Origin: Bacteroidota bacterium
GTDB lineage: Bacteria > Bacteroidota > Bacteroidia > NS11-12g > UBA9320
Reading direction: 5' to 3'
DNA length: 64,000 nt
Assembly (NCBI GenBank): GCA_018700895.1
Contig: JABIUV010000053.1
Coordinates: forward strand, 8,482 to 72,481
Numbering within the stretch: position 1 is the stretch's first letter; each line of letters begins with the position of its first letter. Below are positions 9,100 through 18,023 of the stretch, piece by piece. Both the position numbers and the translations under genes were made by a program. Under the pieces are notes generated by a model that was not told the DNA's origin, did no database searches, and was given only the letters and a program-made list of their open reading frames with translations.

Positions 9100-9467
9100 C
9101 GGTAGTCGGTATGTACCTTTTTGAGAATAAGAAAGAATGGAATCCACCAGATGAAATCATTGGTAAGAAGGGTGTAGATGAATTCAAAAGGTACGTTACC
9201 CTGCACATAGTTCATCACAAAACCCAGTGGTCCAAATATTTTACCTAAAAAACCAACTGCTACAATAGGCCAATGACGCATAGGATCATACGATGCCCAC
9301 CAATAGCCCAAGCCATATACCCCAATAACCATTCCCATTCCTTGCCACACCATTGGGTGATTAAGCGTCTCCATACCTACCAGATTAAAAAAATGGTCTG
9401 GAAACAGGACTACCCATGCTCCCCAAAGGATGTTGTATATGGCTGCAAGTTTTAGTGTTAGTTTCAT
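9084..9467 (-). CDS. Small integral membrane protein, function unknown
   Basis: 127 aa, hydrophobic and Trp-rich, with about 4 TM segments. Confidence 0.4.
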   Translation of the reverse strand: MKLTLKLAAIYNILWGAWVVLFPDHFFNLVGMETLNHPMVWQGMGMVIGVYGLGYWWASYDPMRHWPIVAVGFLGKIFGPLGFVMNYVQGNVPFEFIYTLLTNDFIWWIPFFLILKKVHTDYRWKLS

Positions 9468-9505
9468 TTAGAAAAGTAACAATAAAGAAGAAGAATGGTT
9501 GCGAT

Positions 9506-10249
9506 TTAAGGTAAGACTATCGGCCCCAGCCAATCCATCCAAATAATCCAGCCTAGCACACCGCCGGTGAGACCACTGAGTATAAATGTAAATCTTGTTT
9601 TGTACGGTAGTACTTTAAAAATGACCCAAAGAGCAATGAGTAATCCAATACAAAAAAGCGGAAATGCTATGCTGCCCTTAGGTAAGTTGAGTGAGCGAGC
9701 TATACGTGCTTCGTCACCACCAAAATAAGTGCCATTCGGATTTATAAATTCATATAAAACGGACAAGGTCATATTGGCTACAAATCGTAGGGAGAACAGT
9801 GATAAAAACACCGCGAACCAATCCCAAAGTTTCATTCCATGTTCAAGTATTGACTTTCGTCGATAAAGGAGGATTACTATACCTAATAGGCTGGTTAGTA
9901 GAGTTTGTGCAGGGCCACCGATGCTTATCCATCTAGACTTAGCCTTATAGTCTAATGAGGAATATTGCTTTTTTACTTTTATTGCAAGACTATCTTGTCT
10001 TTCAGATTCTAAATGTCTGATTCTCCTATCTTCATCTACTTGATTACGTGAGTAAATTGCTTGCATGGAGTCAAAATCTTGTTTCCAAGGCTTCTGCCAG
10101 TTCATACTTGCATAGTGAAGTGTAGTCTCGTAACCATAATACTTGGCTACTGCAATGTGTCCACCTTCATGTGTCAGTGTACCGACTATGGTGCTTACGA
10201 TGAAGGTAAGCGTGAGGTAGGCAAAGTTTTTAAGGTTGAAATGTTTCAT
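9506..10249 (-). CDS. Membrane protein with an HExxH motif (putative membrane zinc metallopeptidase)
   Basis: 247 aa. HEGGH follows TM1, with several further TM segments. Confidence 0.45.
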   Translation of the reverse strand: MKHFNLKNFAYLTLTFIVSTIVGTLTHEGGHIAVAKYYGYETTLHYASMNWQKPWKQDFDSMQAIYSRNQVDEDRRIRHLESERQDSLAIKVKKQYSSLDYKAKSRWISIGGPAQTLLTSLLGIVILLYRRKSILEHGMKLWDWFAVFLSLFSLRFVANMTLSVLYEFINPNGTYFGGDEARIARSLNLPKGSIAFPLFCIGLLIALWVIFKVLPYKTRFTFILSGLTGGVLGWIIWMDWLGPIVLP

Positions 10250-10276
10250 ATCGATCCCGAAAAAATGGGAATAAAC

Positions 10277-10435
10277 TCATATTCGATGACACAAATCTTC
10301 ATACACCCTAATTGCTTCTACGAGCTGCTTCGCTTCATCCCCGTCTTTAGACTCTATGCTTGCATCAAATATTAGTTCGAGTCTTGCAAGAGCAGTATTT
10401 TAGTCTTCCTCTGTTTTTATGGGTTTTATTTTCAT
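10277..10435 (-). pseudogene. Remnant of a HigA/XRE-type antitoxin (N-terminal segment only, with an in-frame TAA)
   Basis: The minus-strand frame reads MKIKPIKTEED*NTALARLELIFDASIESKDGDEAKQLVEAIRVYEDLCHRI*. The TAA at 10400-10402 sits where this family normally has Tyr. No HTH domain follows. Confidence 0.6.
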
Positions 10436-10450
10436 GATTCTTTCCGTTAA

Positions 10451-11572
10451 TCAATCATCCAATGCCTCCAACAACACCTTACAAACCTCCCTTATCTGCT
10501 CCTCAGTAATAATAAGCGGTGGCGAAATACGAAGGCATTCCATATTGTAAAGGAACCAGTCGATAATAACACCACGCTCAATGCAGCGTTTCATAGTACG
10601 CTCCACTTCTTCAAAGGATTCGAGCTGAACGGCCAGCATAAGCCCTATGCCGCTAATGCCTTTTATTTTGGTATGAACGAGTAGTTCTCGAAGGAGAGCT
10701 TCTTTGGCCGGTACTTGCTCTAGTAGATTACTTTTAGTGATAAATTTAACTGCGGCATTTCCTGCAGCACAGCTCACTGCGTGCCCTCCAAAGGTAGTAA
10801 TGTGACCAAGTATTGGATTGTCGCTTAGGCTGTCCATTATTTCCTTAGAAGAGATAAAAACGCCTATGGGCATTCCGCCGCCTAGAGCTTTGGCACTAAG
10901 GAGTATATCGGGTACTACGCTATAATGCTCAAAAGCATACAGCTTCCCTGTACGTCCCACGCCTGTTTGTATCTCGTCAAAAACGAGTAATGTCCCTGTC
11001 TCGTTACATTTCTTATGCAAGGCATTTAGGAAAATGTGTGATGCCGGTTTGTATCCTTTCTCGGCCTGTATGGGTTCTATGAATACGGCCGCTGTCTTGC
11101 TATCTATTACATCTAGGGTGTCAAGTTGGTTGAATTCTGCAAAGTGAATATTGGGTAATAGGGGCTTGAATGGACCCGCATAATACTCGTCACTCATCAT
11201 ACTCAATGCTCCACTAGTACTGCCGTGGTAGGCGTTTCGCATAGCGACTATCTTACTTCGGCCAGTGTGTTTTTTGGCGAGTTTCATTGCTCCTTCTACG
11301 GCTTCACTTCCGCTATTGAGAAAGTAAAATGATTGGAGATTGTCAGGGAGTAACTTGGAGAGTCTTTTAGCTAATTTTACTTGTGGACCTACGATATACT
11401 CACCATATACCATCTGGTGGCTATACTTATCTACTTGTTTTTTGATAGCCTTGGTAACTTGCTTGTTGTTATGACCAATATTGTTAACGGCTATGCCGCT
11501 TATGAGGTCCACGTAAGCCTTCCCTGCTTTGTCGTATAGGTATATGTTGTCTCCCCGTACAAATTCATACAT
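10451..11572 (-). CDS. Class III (acetylornithine/GABA-type) PLP aminotransferase
   Basis: Motifs DEIQTGVGRTG, the SAKALGGG Lys region, and NSGSEAVEGA. Confidence 0.85.
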   Translation of the reverse strand: MYEFVRGDNIYLYDKAGKAYVDLISGIAVNNIGHNNKQVTKAIKKQVDKYSHQMVYGEYIVGPQVKLAKRLSKLLPDNLQSFYFLNSGSEAVEGAMKLAKKHTGRSKIVAMRNAYHGSTSGALSMMSDEYYAGPFKPLLPNIHFAEFNQLDTLDVIDSKTAAVFIEPIQAEKGYKPASHIFLNALHKKCNETGTLLVFDEIQTGVGRTGKLYAFEHYSVVPDILLSAKALGGGMPIGVFISSKEIMDSLSDNPILGHITTFGGHAVSCAAGNAAVKFITKSNLLEQVPAKEALLRELLVHTKIKGISGIGLMLAVQLESFEEVERTMKRCIERGVIIDWFLYNMECLRISPPLIITEEQIREVCKVLLEALDD

Positions 11573-11747
11573 AGGAGGTGTAGGAGAGGTCTGAGCGAGG
11601 TGTTTTAAAAATGATTTTTTGATTTCACGAAGGTAAGATTATTCTGAGACAACTGCATTTAGGGCACGGCACCACGCCAAGATTTCCAACTGCGAATCCT
11701 CGTTGTTGCTTTGGTACAACGATTGACACGTATAGTCTAAAGTGAGA

Positions 11748-11894
11748 TTCTTCGCTTTACTCTTAATGAATGATCGTCTATTAGGGTTACGCTACTCTGC
11801 GTCTTTGTGTGCACGCGATAGTAAAATTGTACCTAGGAATGATTCTCAGTTTTTTCTCAGATTGGGTGTTCCGCGATAGCGGAATGTACCGAAA
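11748..11894. repeat. Cluster of REP-like units: TTCTTCGCTTTACTCT, CGCGATAGTAAAATTGTACC and CCGCGATAGCGGAATGTACCGAAA
   Basis: Direct reading. These are paralogous to 7529-7570 and 40829-40920. Confidence 0.7.
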
Positions 11895-11927
11895 TCAAAA
11901 AACCTTCCCAGTTTCCTGAGAAGGTTC
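11895..11927 (-). terminator. Intrinsic terminator downstream of the HU gene
   Basis: On the minus strand, stem AACCTTC/GAAGGTT is followed by TTTTTTG. Confidence 0.5.
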
Positions 11928-11969
11928 TAAATTTTGTCCTATGAGAACTCGCCTTGTGACGAATTGCTA

Positions 11970-12242
11970 CTAGTTCACGTTGTTAGAAAGGCCTGATCCT
12001 GCTTTGAATTTAACAACGTTCTTAGCAGCGATTTGAATTTCTTTTCCTGTTCTTGGGTTTCTACCTGTTCTGGCAGCTCTTTTGCTTACAGAGAAAGTAC
12101 CAAATCCTACTAAGATTAGTTTTTCACCTTTCTTAAGAGCAGAAGTTGTAGACTCCATAAATCCTTCTAGGGCCTCACCAGCTTGTGCTTTAGTGATGCC
12201 AGCTTTATCAGCCATAGCTGATATCAAATCTGATTTGTTCAT
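11970..12242 (-). CDS. hup: HU-family DNA-binding protein
   Basis: 90 aa with RNPRTGKEIQIAAKNVVKFKAG. Confidence 0.9.
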   Translation of the reverse strand: MNKSDLISAMADKAGITKAQAGEALEGFMESTTSALKKGEKLILVGFGTFSVSKRAARTGRNPRTGKEIQIAAKNVVKFKAGSGLSNNVN

Positions 12243-12311
12243 TGTTTTAGTGTTTTATAAAAAATTAATACTCCAATTGTAGGGAGAAGAACGGCATCTA
12301 TACAAGAAGTG

Positions 12312-12815
12312 TTACCTATTTGTTAATATCTTCAGTATGTTCAGGAGTTTTTTGCTCTCAAACGTAGTGTTCATGGGCATTGTGAGCTGACTCTTACGAT
12401 AATAGGGTTCTCTTTTTTCGAAAATAGCTTTTAATTCTGAAAGGCTATTTGAATTCACAAGCGGTCGATTTTTGAGGTTAACGATGTTTTGCTCTATCTC
12501 TTCCCAAGAGGCATAAAGGTAAACGACTAATCCTTCTCGAATCAACTGCTCGGCGTTATCATAGTGACACATCGTACCTCCGCCCAGTGCAACGATGTGT
12601 TGTTCCTTTTTACCGATAACTTGATGTAGAGTTTCTCTTTCTATCTTTCTAAATGTTTGTTCGCCTTGAGTTTGAAATAACGTAGCGATGGTGCATTCCG
12701 CTTTTTCTTCTATCGCCTCATCGAGGTCTATAAATGGCAAATTCAATGTGGTGCTTAACTCGCGTCCCATTGTGGTTTTGCCCACTCCCATAAACCCAGT
12801 GATGAATATATGCAT
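12312..12815 (-). CDS. aroK: Shikimate kinase
   Basis: 167 aa with P-loop GFMGVGKTT and LGGG. Confidence 0.85.
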   Translation of the reverse strand: MHIFITGFMGVGKTTMGRELSTTLNLPFIDLDEAIEEKAECTIATLFQTQGEQTFRKIERETLHQVIGKKEQHIVALGGGTMCHYDNAEQLIREGLVVYLYASWEEIEQNIVNLKNRPLVNSNSLSELKAIFEKREPYYRKSQLTMPMNTTFESKKLLNILKILTNR

Positions 12816-13876
12816 TAGCTTAGTTTGATACGAGGGTCTAGTTTTACATAGAGTATATCTACGATGATATTAATTACCACAAAGAGAAATGCGATAAAAA
12901 GTATGGCTCCCATTACCACAGGAAGGTCATTCATCTCTAAGGCTTCTATCGTTAGTTTGCCCAATCCACGCCAGTTGAATATGTACTCGACAAAAAATGC
13001 TCCAGCGAGCAACGATGCAAACCAGCCACTTACGGCTGTTATTACAGGATTGAGTGCATTGGGCAATGCGTGTTTGTTTAGAATTTGCTTAGCAGTCAAG
13101 CCTTTAGACTTTGCCGTCTTGATAAAATCTTTATTTAATGTTTCGAGCATGGAACTTCGCGTAAGCAACGTAAAAATGGACAAAGGCCGAACACCCAGAG
13201 CTATAGCCGGAAGGATTAGGTTTTTCCACTGGTAGTATTCTCCAACGAAGGGGTCTATGTCTATCCAGCTGCCTGTCATATTGAGTCCAGTGATGTGGTG
13301 GAAAACGAAGCCAAATAACCACGCGAGTATAATTGCTGAGAAGAATGATGGAACAGAAATTCCTAAGGTACTCACAAATACTATCGCCTGATCGGCAAAT
13401 GAATTCGCCTTGATTCCCGATAAAACGCCTAGAAGTATACCAAAGAATGCCGCAAAGATGATGCTAACCAACGCCAATATAAATGTCCCTTTAAAACTTT
13501 GGAAAATGAGCGTATCAGTTCGTTCTCTACTCTGGAATGATCGTCGTAAAAAGGGCGTTTTAATTAAAATCGTCAGTCGATCGAATGATAATTTGACACA
13601 TTTCCCGTACTTCTCACTCAAATCTGATGACGAGCTGTTTTTGTGAAACGAAAGAGGAGAAATGTCATTGAGAAAAAGAAGGTATTGCATTCCGAGCGGC
13701 TGGTCTAGTCCAAACTCTTTTTTTATGGCCTCTTGTGTAGCTTGGTCCGTACGTTGACCTACGGCCATACTCTCAGGATTGGGAAACGAAAAGCTGAATA
13801 AGAAAAACACGACAGTCACTACACTAAAGAGTATAAGCAATCCGCTACCCAATCGCTTAGCTAAGAAGCGTATCAT
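12815..13876 (-). CDS. ABC transporter permease (oligopeptide/dipeptide DppB type)
   Basis: 353 aa, multi-TM, with the EAA-like region KDFIKTAKSKGL. Confidence 0.8.
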   Translation of the reverse strand: MIRFLAKRLGSGLLILFSVVTVVFFLFSFSFPNPESMAVGQRTDQATQEAIKKEFGLDQPLGMQYLLFLNDISPLSFHKNSSSSDLSEKYGKCVKLSFDRLTILIKTPFLRRSFQSRERTDTLIFQSFKGTFILALVSIIFAAFFGILLGVLSGIKANSFADQAIVFVSTLGISVPSFFSAIILAWLFGFVFHHITGLNMTGSWIDIDPFVGEYYQWKNLILPAIALGVRPLSIFTLLTRSSMLETLNKDFIKTAKSKGLTAKQILNKHALPNALNPVITAVSGWFASLLAGAFFVEYIFNWRGLGKLTIEALEMNDLPVVMGAILFIAFLFVVINIIVDILYVKLDPRIKLS

Positions 13877-15396
13877 GGGCCTACTTTTTTCAAAAATCGC
13901 TTGACAGAAGGTAGTCGTGTGCTTGGCCAGTTTTTCTCAACTACATTACCCTCAAAAAGGACTAAGCCTGGGTTACTTCGTATGATAGACTTTAGGTTTG
14001 TCTTGTCTCCATAGTAAAATGGAATGTCTAACTGATGCTTGTGTCTGAATGCGTCTACCTTTTCACTTGCACTTGCCGTGAGGGGGTATATCGCTATTCC
14101 TTCCGTTTTGCATGTTTTGATAATTTCTTTGAGATCTTGCATAGCATCTGCATTGGCATTTTCCACTTCATTTATTACAATCAGTATTTTGCGCGTGCTA
14201 TCATTGGCAAAGAAATCATCAGCATAATCATTATCACGATTTTCGTCCATAATTTTAAAATCGTGAATCTCAGGCTCGTAACCTTTACTTATTAGCTTGT
14301 CCTTGCGGTCTACGAAGGTGTAACCCTCTGCTTTAAGATCTCTGCCAGTCATCTCCGATATGTTGAACTCCTCTTCTACACCGTCTTTAGCATAGATGAA
14401 AATATTTTCATAGACATCAGAAGGGGCATCGTCGGGTACTACAGCTAAGTTCTTTATATTATTTCCTTGCTTGAATTTTAGGAAATTTTTAACAGGTAAA
14501 TAGTGCCAGCAATACAAAGAAAATCCAACGGACATCAAAGTGAATACGGTAAGCATTTTCACAGCAAAAGGACTGCTAAATATAGGTTTGATATGCTTGA
14601 TGCCGATGGCAATAAAGAAAATTGAAACACTTAGTATAACATCTTTATAAAAACTCTCCCAAGGAGTAAGTTTAATTGCATCGCCAAAGCATCCGCAGTC
14701 GGTTACTTTATTGAAATAGGCACTGTACCACGTAAGGAAAGTGAAGAAGATAATAAGCAGAACAAGTGCCGTTACCACAAATTTTGGAGACCAACCTATA
14801 AGTAAGGCTAGACCCAACACTATTTCTAATACACATAAGAAGATGGCCAATGCCAATGCGTAAGGTCGCATAGATTGCAAAAAGCCAACTGTGGCAGGGT
14901 TGGGCTTGAGGTATGACGAAATATCTACATCTACCGTTTTGTCTAGTACGTCAAAAGAGGCGAATGTTAATTCCTTGGACCCTATTTTATTTAACCCTAC
15001 AGCATAACTTAAATTTGCCTGTAGTACAACTTCATTACTATCCTGAGCCTCTACCGTGGTAGCAAATACTTCTTTCCCGTTTAGATTAACGCTCGCTTCA
15101 GATACGTGGGTGTAGGCGTTGTTGCCTAATTCTATTTTTTGCCAAGGAGTAGTTGAAATGGCGATAGGATAAGTGGAGCTATTGGCAGAAAGAACAACGG
15201 TATTGCTAAAAGTGCCATCTAATGTGCTGACACTTACCGTAAGTGAATCCTGATCGGCTTCCAGTTCTTCGGCAAACACGGAGAAATACTCATCCAGTTT
15301 GTAGCTAAATCCCGTTGGGTCATTAGACTTGATTAAACCCGAAAAAATAAAGAGTAAACCTACAAATACACGTAGAATGTTGGTTATATACTTCAT
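13873..15396 (-). CDS. BT_3928-like membrane protein (MauE/DoxX-type N-terminus, CGCFG motif, C-terminal thioredoxin-fold-like region)
   Basis: 507 aa with TDCGCFGD. It overlaps its flanking genes by 4 nt, consistent with an operon. Confidence 0.6.
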   Translation of the reverse strand: MKYITNILRVFVGLLFIFSGLIKSNDPTGFSYKLDEYFSVFAEELEADQDSLTVSVSTLDGTFSNTVVLSANSSTYPIAISTTPWQKIELGNNAYTHVSEASVNLNGKEVFATTVEAQDSNEVVLQANLSYAVGLNKIGSKELTFASFDVLDKTVDVDISSYLKPNPATVGFLQSMRPYALALAIFLCVLEIVLGLALLIGWSPKFVVTALVLLIIFFTFLTWYSAYFNKVTDCGCFGDAIKLTPWESFYKDVILSVSIFFIAIGIKHIKPIFSSPFAVKMLTVFTLMSVGFSLYCWHYLPVKNFLKFKQGNNIKNLAVVPDDAPSDVYENIFIYAKDGVEEEFNISEMTGRDLKAEGYTFVDRKDKLISKGYEPEIHDFKIMDENRDNDYADDFFANDSTRKILIVINEVENANADAMQDLKEIIKTCKTEGIAIYPLTASASEKVDAFRHKHQLDIPFYYGDKTNLKSIIRSNPGLVLFEGNVVEKNWPSTRLPSVKRFLKKVGP

Positions 15397-15968
15397 GAAG
15401 TTTGGTAGAAATTATTAATTCTTATCAATGCGAAGATGGCATAATTAAGCATATCACTAAAATTGGCGTCTATTCCTTCAGAAATAAGTGTTTCGCCACC
15501 TTTGTCCTCTATCTGTTTGGTACGGAGTATTTTCATCAGAATAAGGTCGGTGTAGGTGCTTACCCGCATATCTCTCCACGCTTCTCCATAATCGTGATTT
15601 TTGGTGAGCATCAGTGTTTTACAGGCTTGTGCTTGCTTATCATAATGTTGAAGTACTACTGCAGGGTCCATTTCGAGCGTGTCGGATTCCTTTAGGCCGA
15701 GTTGTATTAAGGCTATTGCACAATAATTTACGATACCTACGAATTCATTCTCAACGCTTTCACCCACCTTGTTGGTTCCCTTGTCCTCAATGCTTCGAAT
15801 ACGTTGTGCTTTTATAAAAATTTGGTCGGTGATACTTATTGGCCTAAGTATTCTCCAGGCGGTACCGTAGTCGTAGGTCTTTTTTTCGAAGATATCGCGA
15901 CACTGTGCGATGGCTTGGTCAAAGAGTATTGAAGTATCTGTATGCAAAATGGATTTAATTTGCCACAA
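15393..15968 (-). CDS. DUF1599-type protein made of two tandem homologous halves
   Basis: KTYDYGTAWRILR..TDQIFIKAQRIRSIEDKG recurs as KNHDYGEAWRDMR..TDLILMKILRTKQIEDKG. The apparent start codon is TTG. Confidence 0.65.
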   Translation of the reverse strand: MWQIKSILHTDTSILFDQAIAQCRDIFEKKTYDYGTAWRILRPISITDQIFIKAQRIRSIEDKGTNKVGESVENEFVGIVNYCAIALIQLGLKESDTLEMDPAVVLQHYDKQAQACKTLMLTKNHDYGEAWRDMRVSTYTDLILMKILRTKQIEDKGGETLISEGIDANFSDMLNYAIFALIRINNFYQTS

Positions 15969-15991
15969 AAATATAAATACCTACCTACTCC

Positions 15992-16825
15992 ATGAAGCAA
16001 AGCATTAACATAAAAGGCACACTGATGCATTTTGATACACCCAAGGTGATGGGGATACTGAATGTTACGCCAGATTCATTCTCAGATGGAGGTAAATACG
16101 ATACCACAGAAGCTGCTGTAAATCAAGCATTACAAATGCTAAAAGACGGTGCAGATATACTAGATATTGGCGGGTATAGTTCACGACCAGGTGCCGATGA
16201 GGTGAGCATTCAGCAAGAGCTGGATAGGGTAGTTCCCGTGATAAAGGAGTTGGTGAGGCATACAGATGCTATTCTATCTGTAGATTCATTCAGAAGTGAA
16301 GTAGCCAAGCAAGCCGTAGCTGCAGGTGCTCACATCGTAAATGACATTAGTGCTGGCGAAGATGATGAAGCAATGCTCAATACTGTTGCTGAGTTAGGAG
16401 TGCCGTATATAGCCATGCATAAACAGGGAACGCCCAAAACGATGCAGCACGACCCTCGCTATGCTAACGTAGTTGGAGATGTGCTGGCCTATCTATCAGC
16501 TAAAAAAGAAGAATGTATGGCGGCAGGAATACAGGATATTATGCTCGACCCAGGCTTCGGATTTGGTAAGACTGAGCAACATAATTATGAGTTGTTAAAG
16601 AATTTCGAAGCTTTTCAAGCATTGGGAGTACCTTTATTGGCAGGAGTCTCTCGTAAGAGTATGATTTATAAATTACTGGGCATTATGCCACAAGAAGCAG
16701 TAAATGGCACCACGTTTTTACATGCCTTTGCCCTACAAGGTGGAGCTGCGATACTGCGAGTTCACGATGTGAAAGAGGCGAAAGAGTGTATTGAGCTATA
16801 CGCTAGGATAGCGGGACTAGAATAA
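15992..16825 (+). CDS. folP: Dihydropteroate synthase
   Basis: Motifs GILNVTPDSFSDGG, DIGGYSSRPG and LRVHDV. Confidence 0.9.
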   Translation: MKQSINIKGTLMHFDTPKVMGILNVTPDSFSDGGKYDTTEAAVNQALQMLKDGADILDIGGYSSRPGADEVSIQQELDRVVPVIKELVRHTDAILSVDSFRSEVAKQAVAAGAHIVNDISAGEDDEAMLNTVAELGVPYIAMHKQGTPKTMQHDPRYANVVGDVLAYLSAKKEECMAAGIQDIMLDPGFGFGKTEQHNYELLKNFEAFQALGVPLLAGVSRKSMIYKLLGIMPQEAVNGTTFLHAFALQGGAAILRVHDVKEAKECIELYARIAGLE

Positions 16826-17869
16826 AATATACCGTAAGCTTGTCGAAAACGAATGGAAGTTTGCCGTGCCATCATGCTCGGTAAAACTTGCTTGGGGCAG
16901 ACTGCAATAGTCCAAGGAGAAGTTTACAGGCAGCTCAGTGATTTTGTCTACAGGTAGAGAAAATCCAATTCCGTAAGTTATATCATTTAAATCGTTGTCA
17001 GAATAGTAACCACCTCTCAGATGTAGCATCTCCATGATGCTCAATTCTAGGCCTGTGCTATAGTTATTGATCGTAGCTCTGGTGTTAAATACCGTTTGAT
17101 ATTCTACCGCTGCTGTGAGTTGCAGAGCGTGAAGGTCTGCGTATTTTTTTTCGGTGGAGTAGTAATACGAAATACCAGAATTCATAATGATCGGTAGCCC
17201 AACTGTTAGCGTGCTTTCATTGTCATCTGTGAGCGTCAATGTTGTTCCTACAGGGCTTTTAAAGGCTGTAGCTAGGTTAATTGATTGGTTATTTTTAAAT
17301 CTACTAAACTCGAATTTTTTGATAACTCCAAAATCAAGTTGTAGTGCGTTGGCTTTGAAATTTGCTAAATCAAACGATGATACTCCTATACTTCCTCCGA
17401 GCATAAATGTTTCCTCGGGGGTGTAAGCCAAGGCAACTTTCTGTTGAGATACTTTGCTCTCTGAGGGTTTTAATGTATTCCACACATTCTCTAAGATATA
17501 ATGCGGTGTGCTAAGATCACTCCTGCTATGGCTCAATCCTACTGATATTCGGTCGTTTATCTTGGAGGCGATGTTTACGGCATATTTGTGGCCTTTGGAA
17601 TAGGCGTAATTAGGAGAGACATATGTTCCGCTTACTTCTATACCATTCAGATTTCCTAGGCCAGCCGGGTTCAGATTTACTGAGCTAGCGTCGCCATCCA
17701 GTGAGACAAAACTTTGACCCATGGCCTCAACACGCGTGCTGAGCTGTCGGCCAAAATAAAATTCCCTTGCAAAACCGGTATAGGTTTTACCCTGAGCGAG
17801 CGACGTGTTTATGGCAGAGAGGATGATGCCAAGTGAAATAAAAATCTTTTTGTAGGTAGATGAATTCAT
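16817..17869 (-). CDS. Outer-membrane beta-barrel protein, possibly PorV/PorQ family
   Basis: The signal peptide MNSSTYKKIF...SLAQ starts at the internal Met (17869). It has an NPAGLGNL motif, alternating beta-strand pattern and a C-terminal F. Confidence 0.45.
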   Translation of the reverse strand: MNSSTYKKIFISLGIILSAINTSLAQGKTYTGFAREFYFGRQLSTRVEAMGQSFVSLDGDASSVNLNPAGLGNLNGIEVSGTYVSPNYAYSKGHKYAVNIASKINDRISVGLSHSRSDLSTPHYILENVWNTLKPSESKVSQQKVALAYTPEETFMLGGSIGVSSFDLANFKANALQLDFGVIKKFEFSRFKNNQSINLATAFKSPVGTTLTLTDDNESTLTVGLPIIMNSGISYYYSTEKKYADLHALQLTAAVEYQTVFNTRATINNYSTGLELSIMEMLHLRGGYYSDNDLNDITYGIGFSLPVDKITELPVNFSLDYCSLPQASFTEHDGTANFHSFSTSLRYILF

Positions 17870-18023
17870 ATAGATGCGAATATACGTGTGTTTCATAATG
17901 GTATGACAATCCACCGCTTTTTCACTTTTTAAAAAAATAATTTGAAGGTAACATACGCGTAACATTACGCCATCACCATTGTACCAACAAAAAAATCAAA
18001 ACAATCAATTTATTTAATCAACG

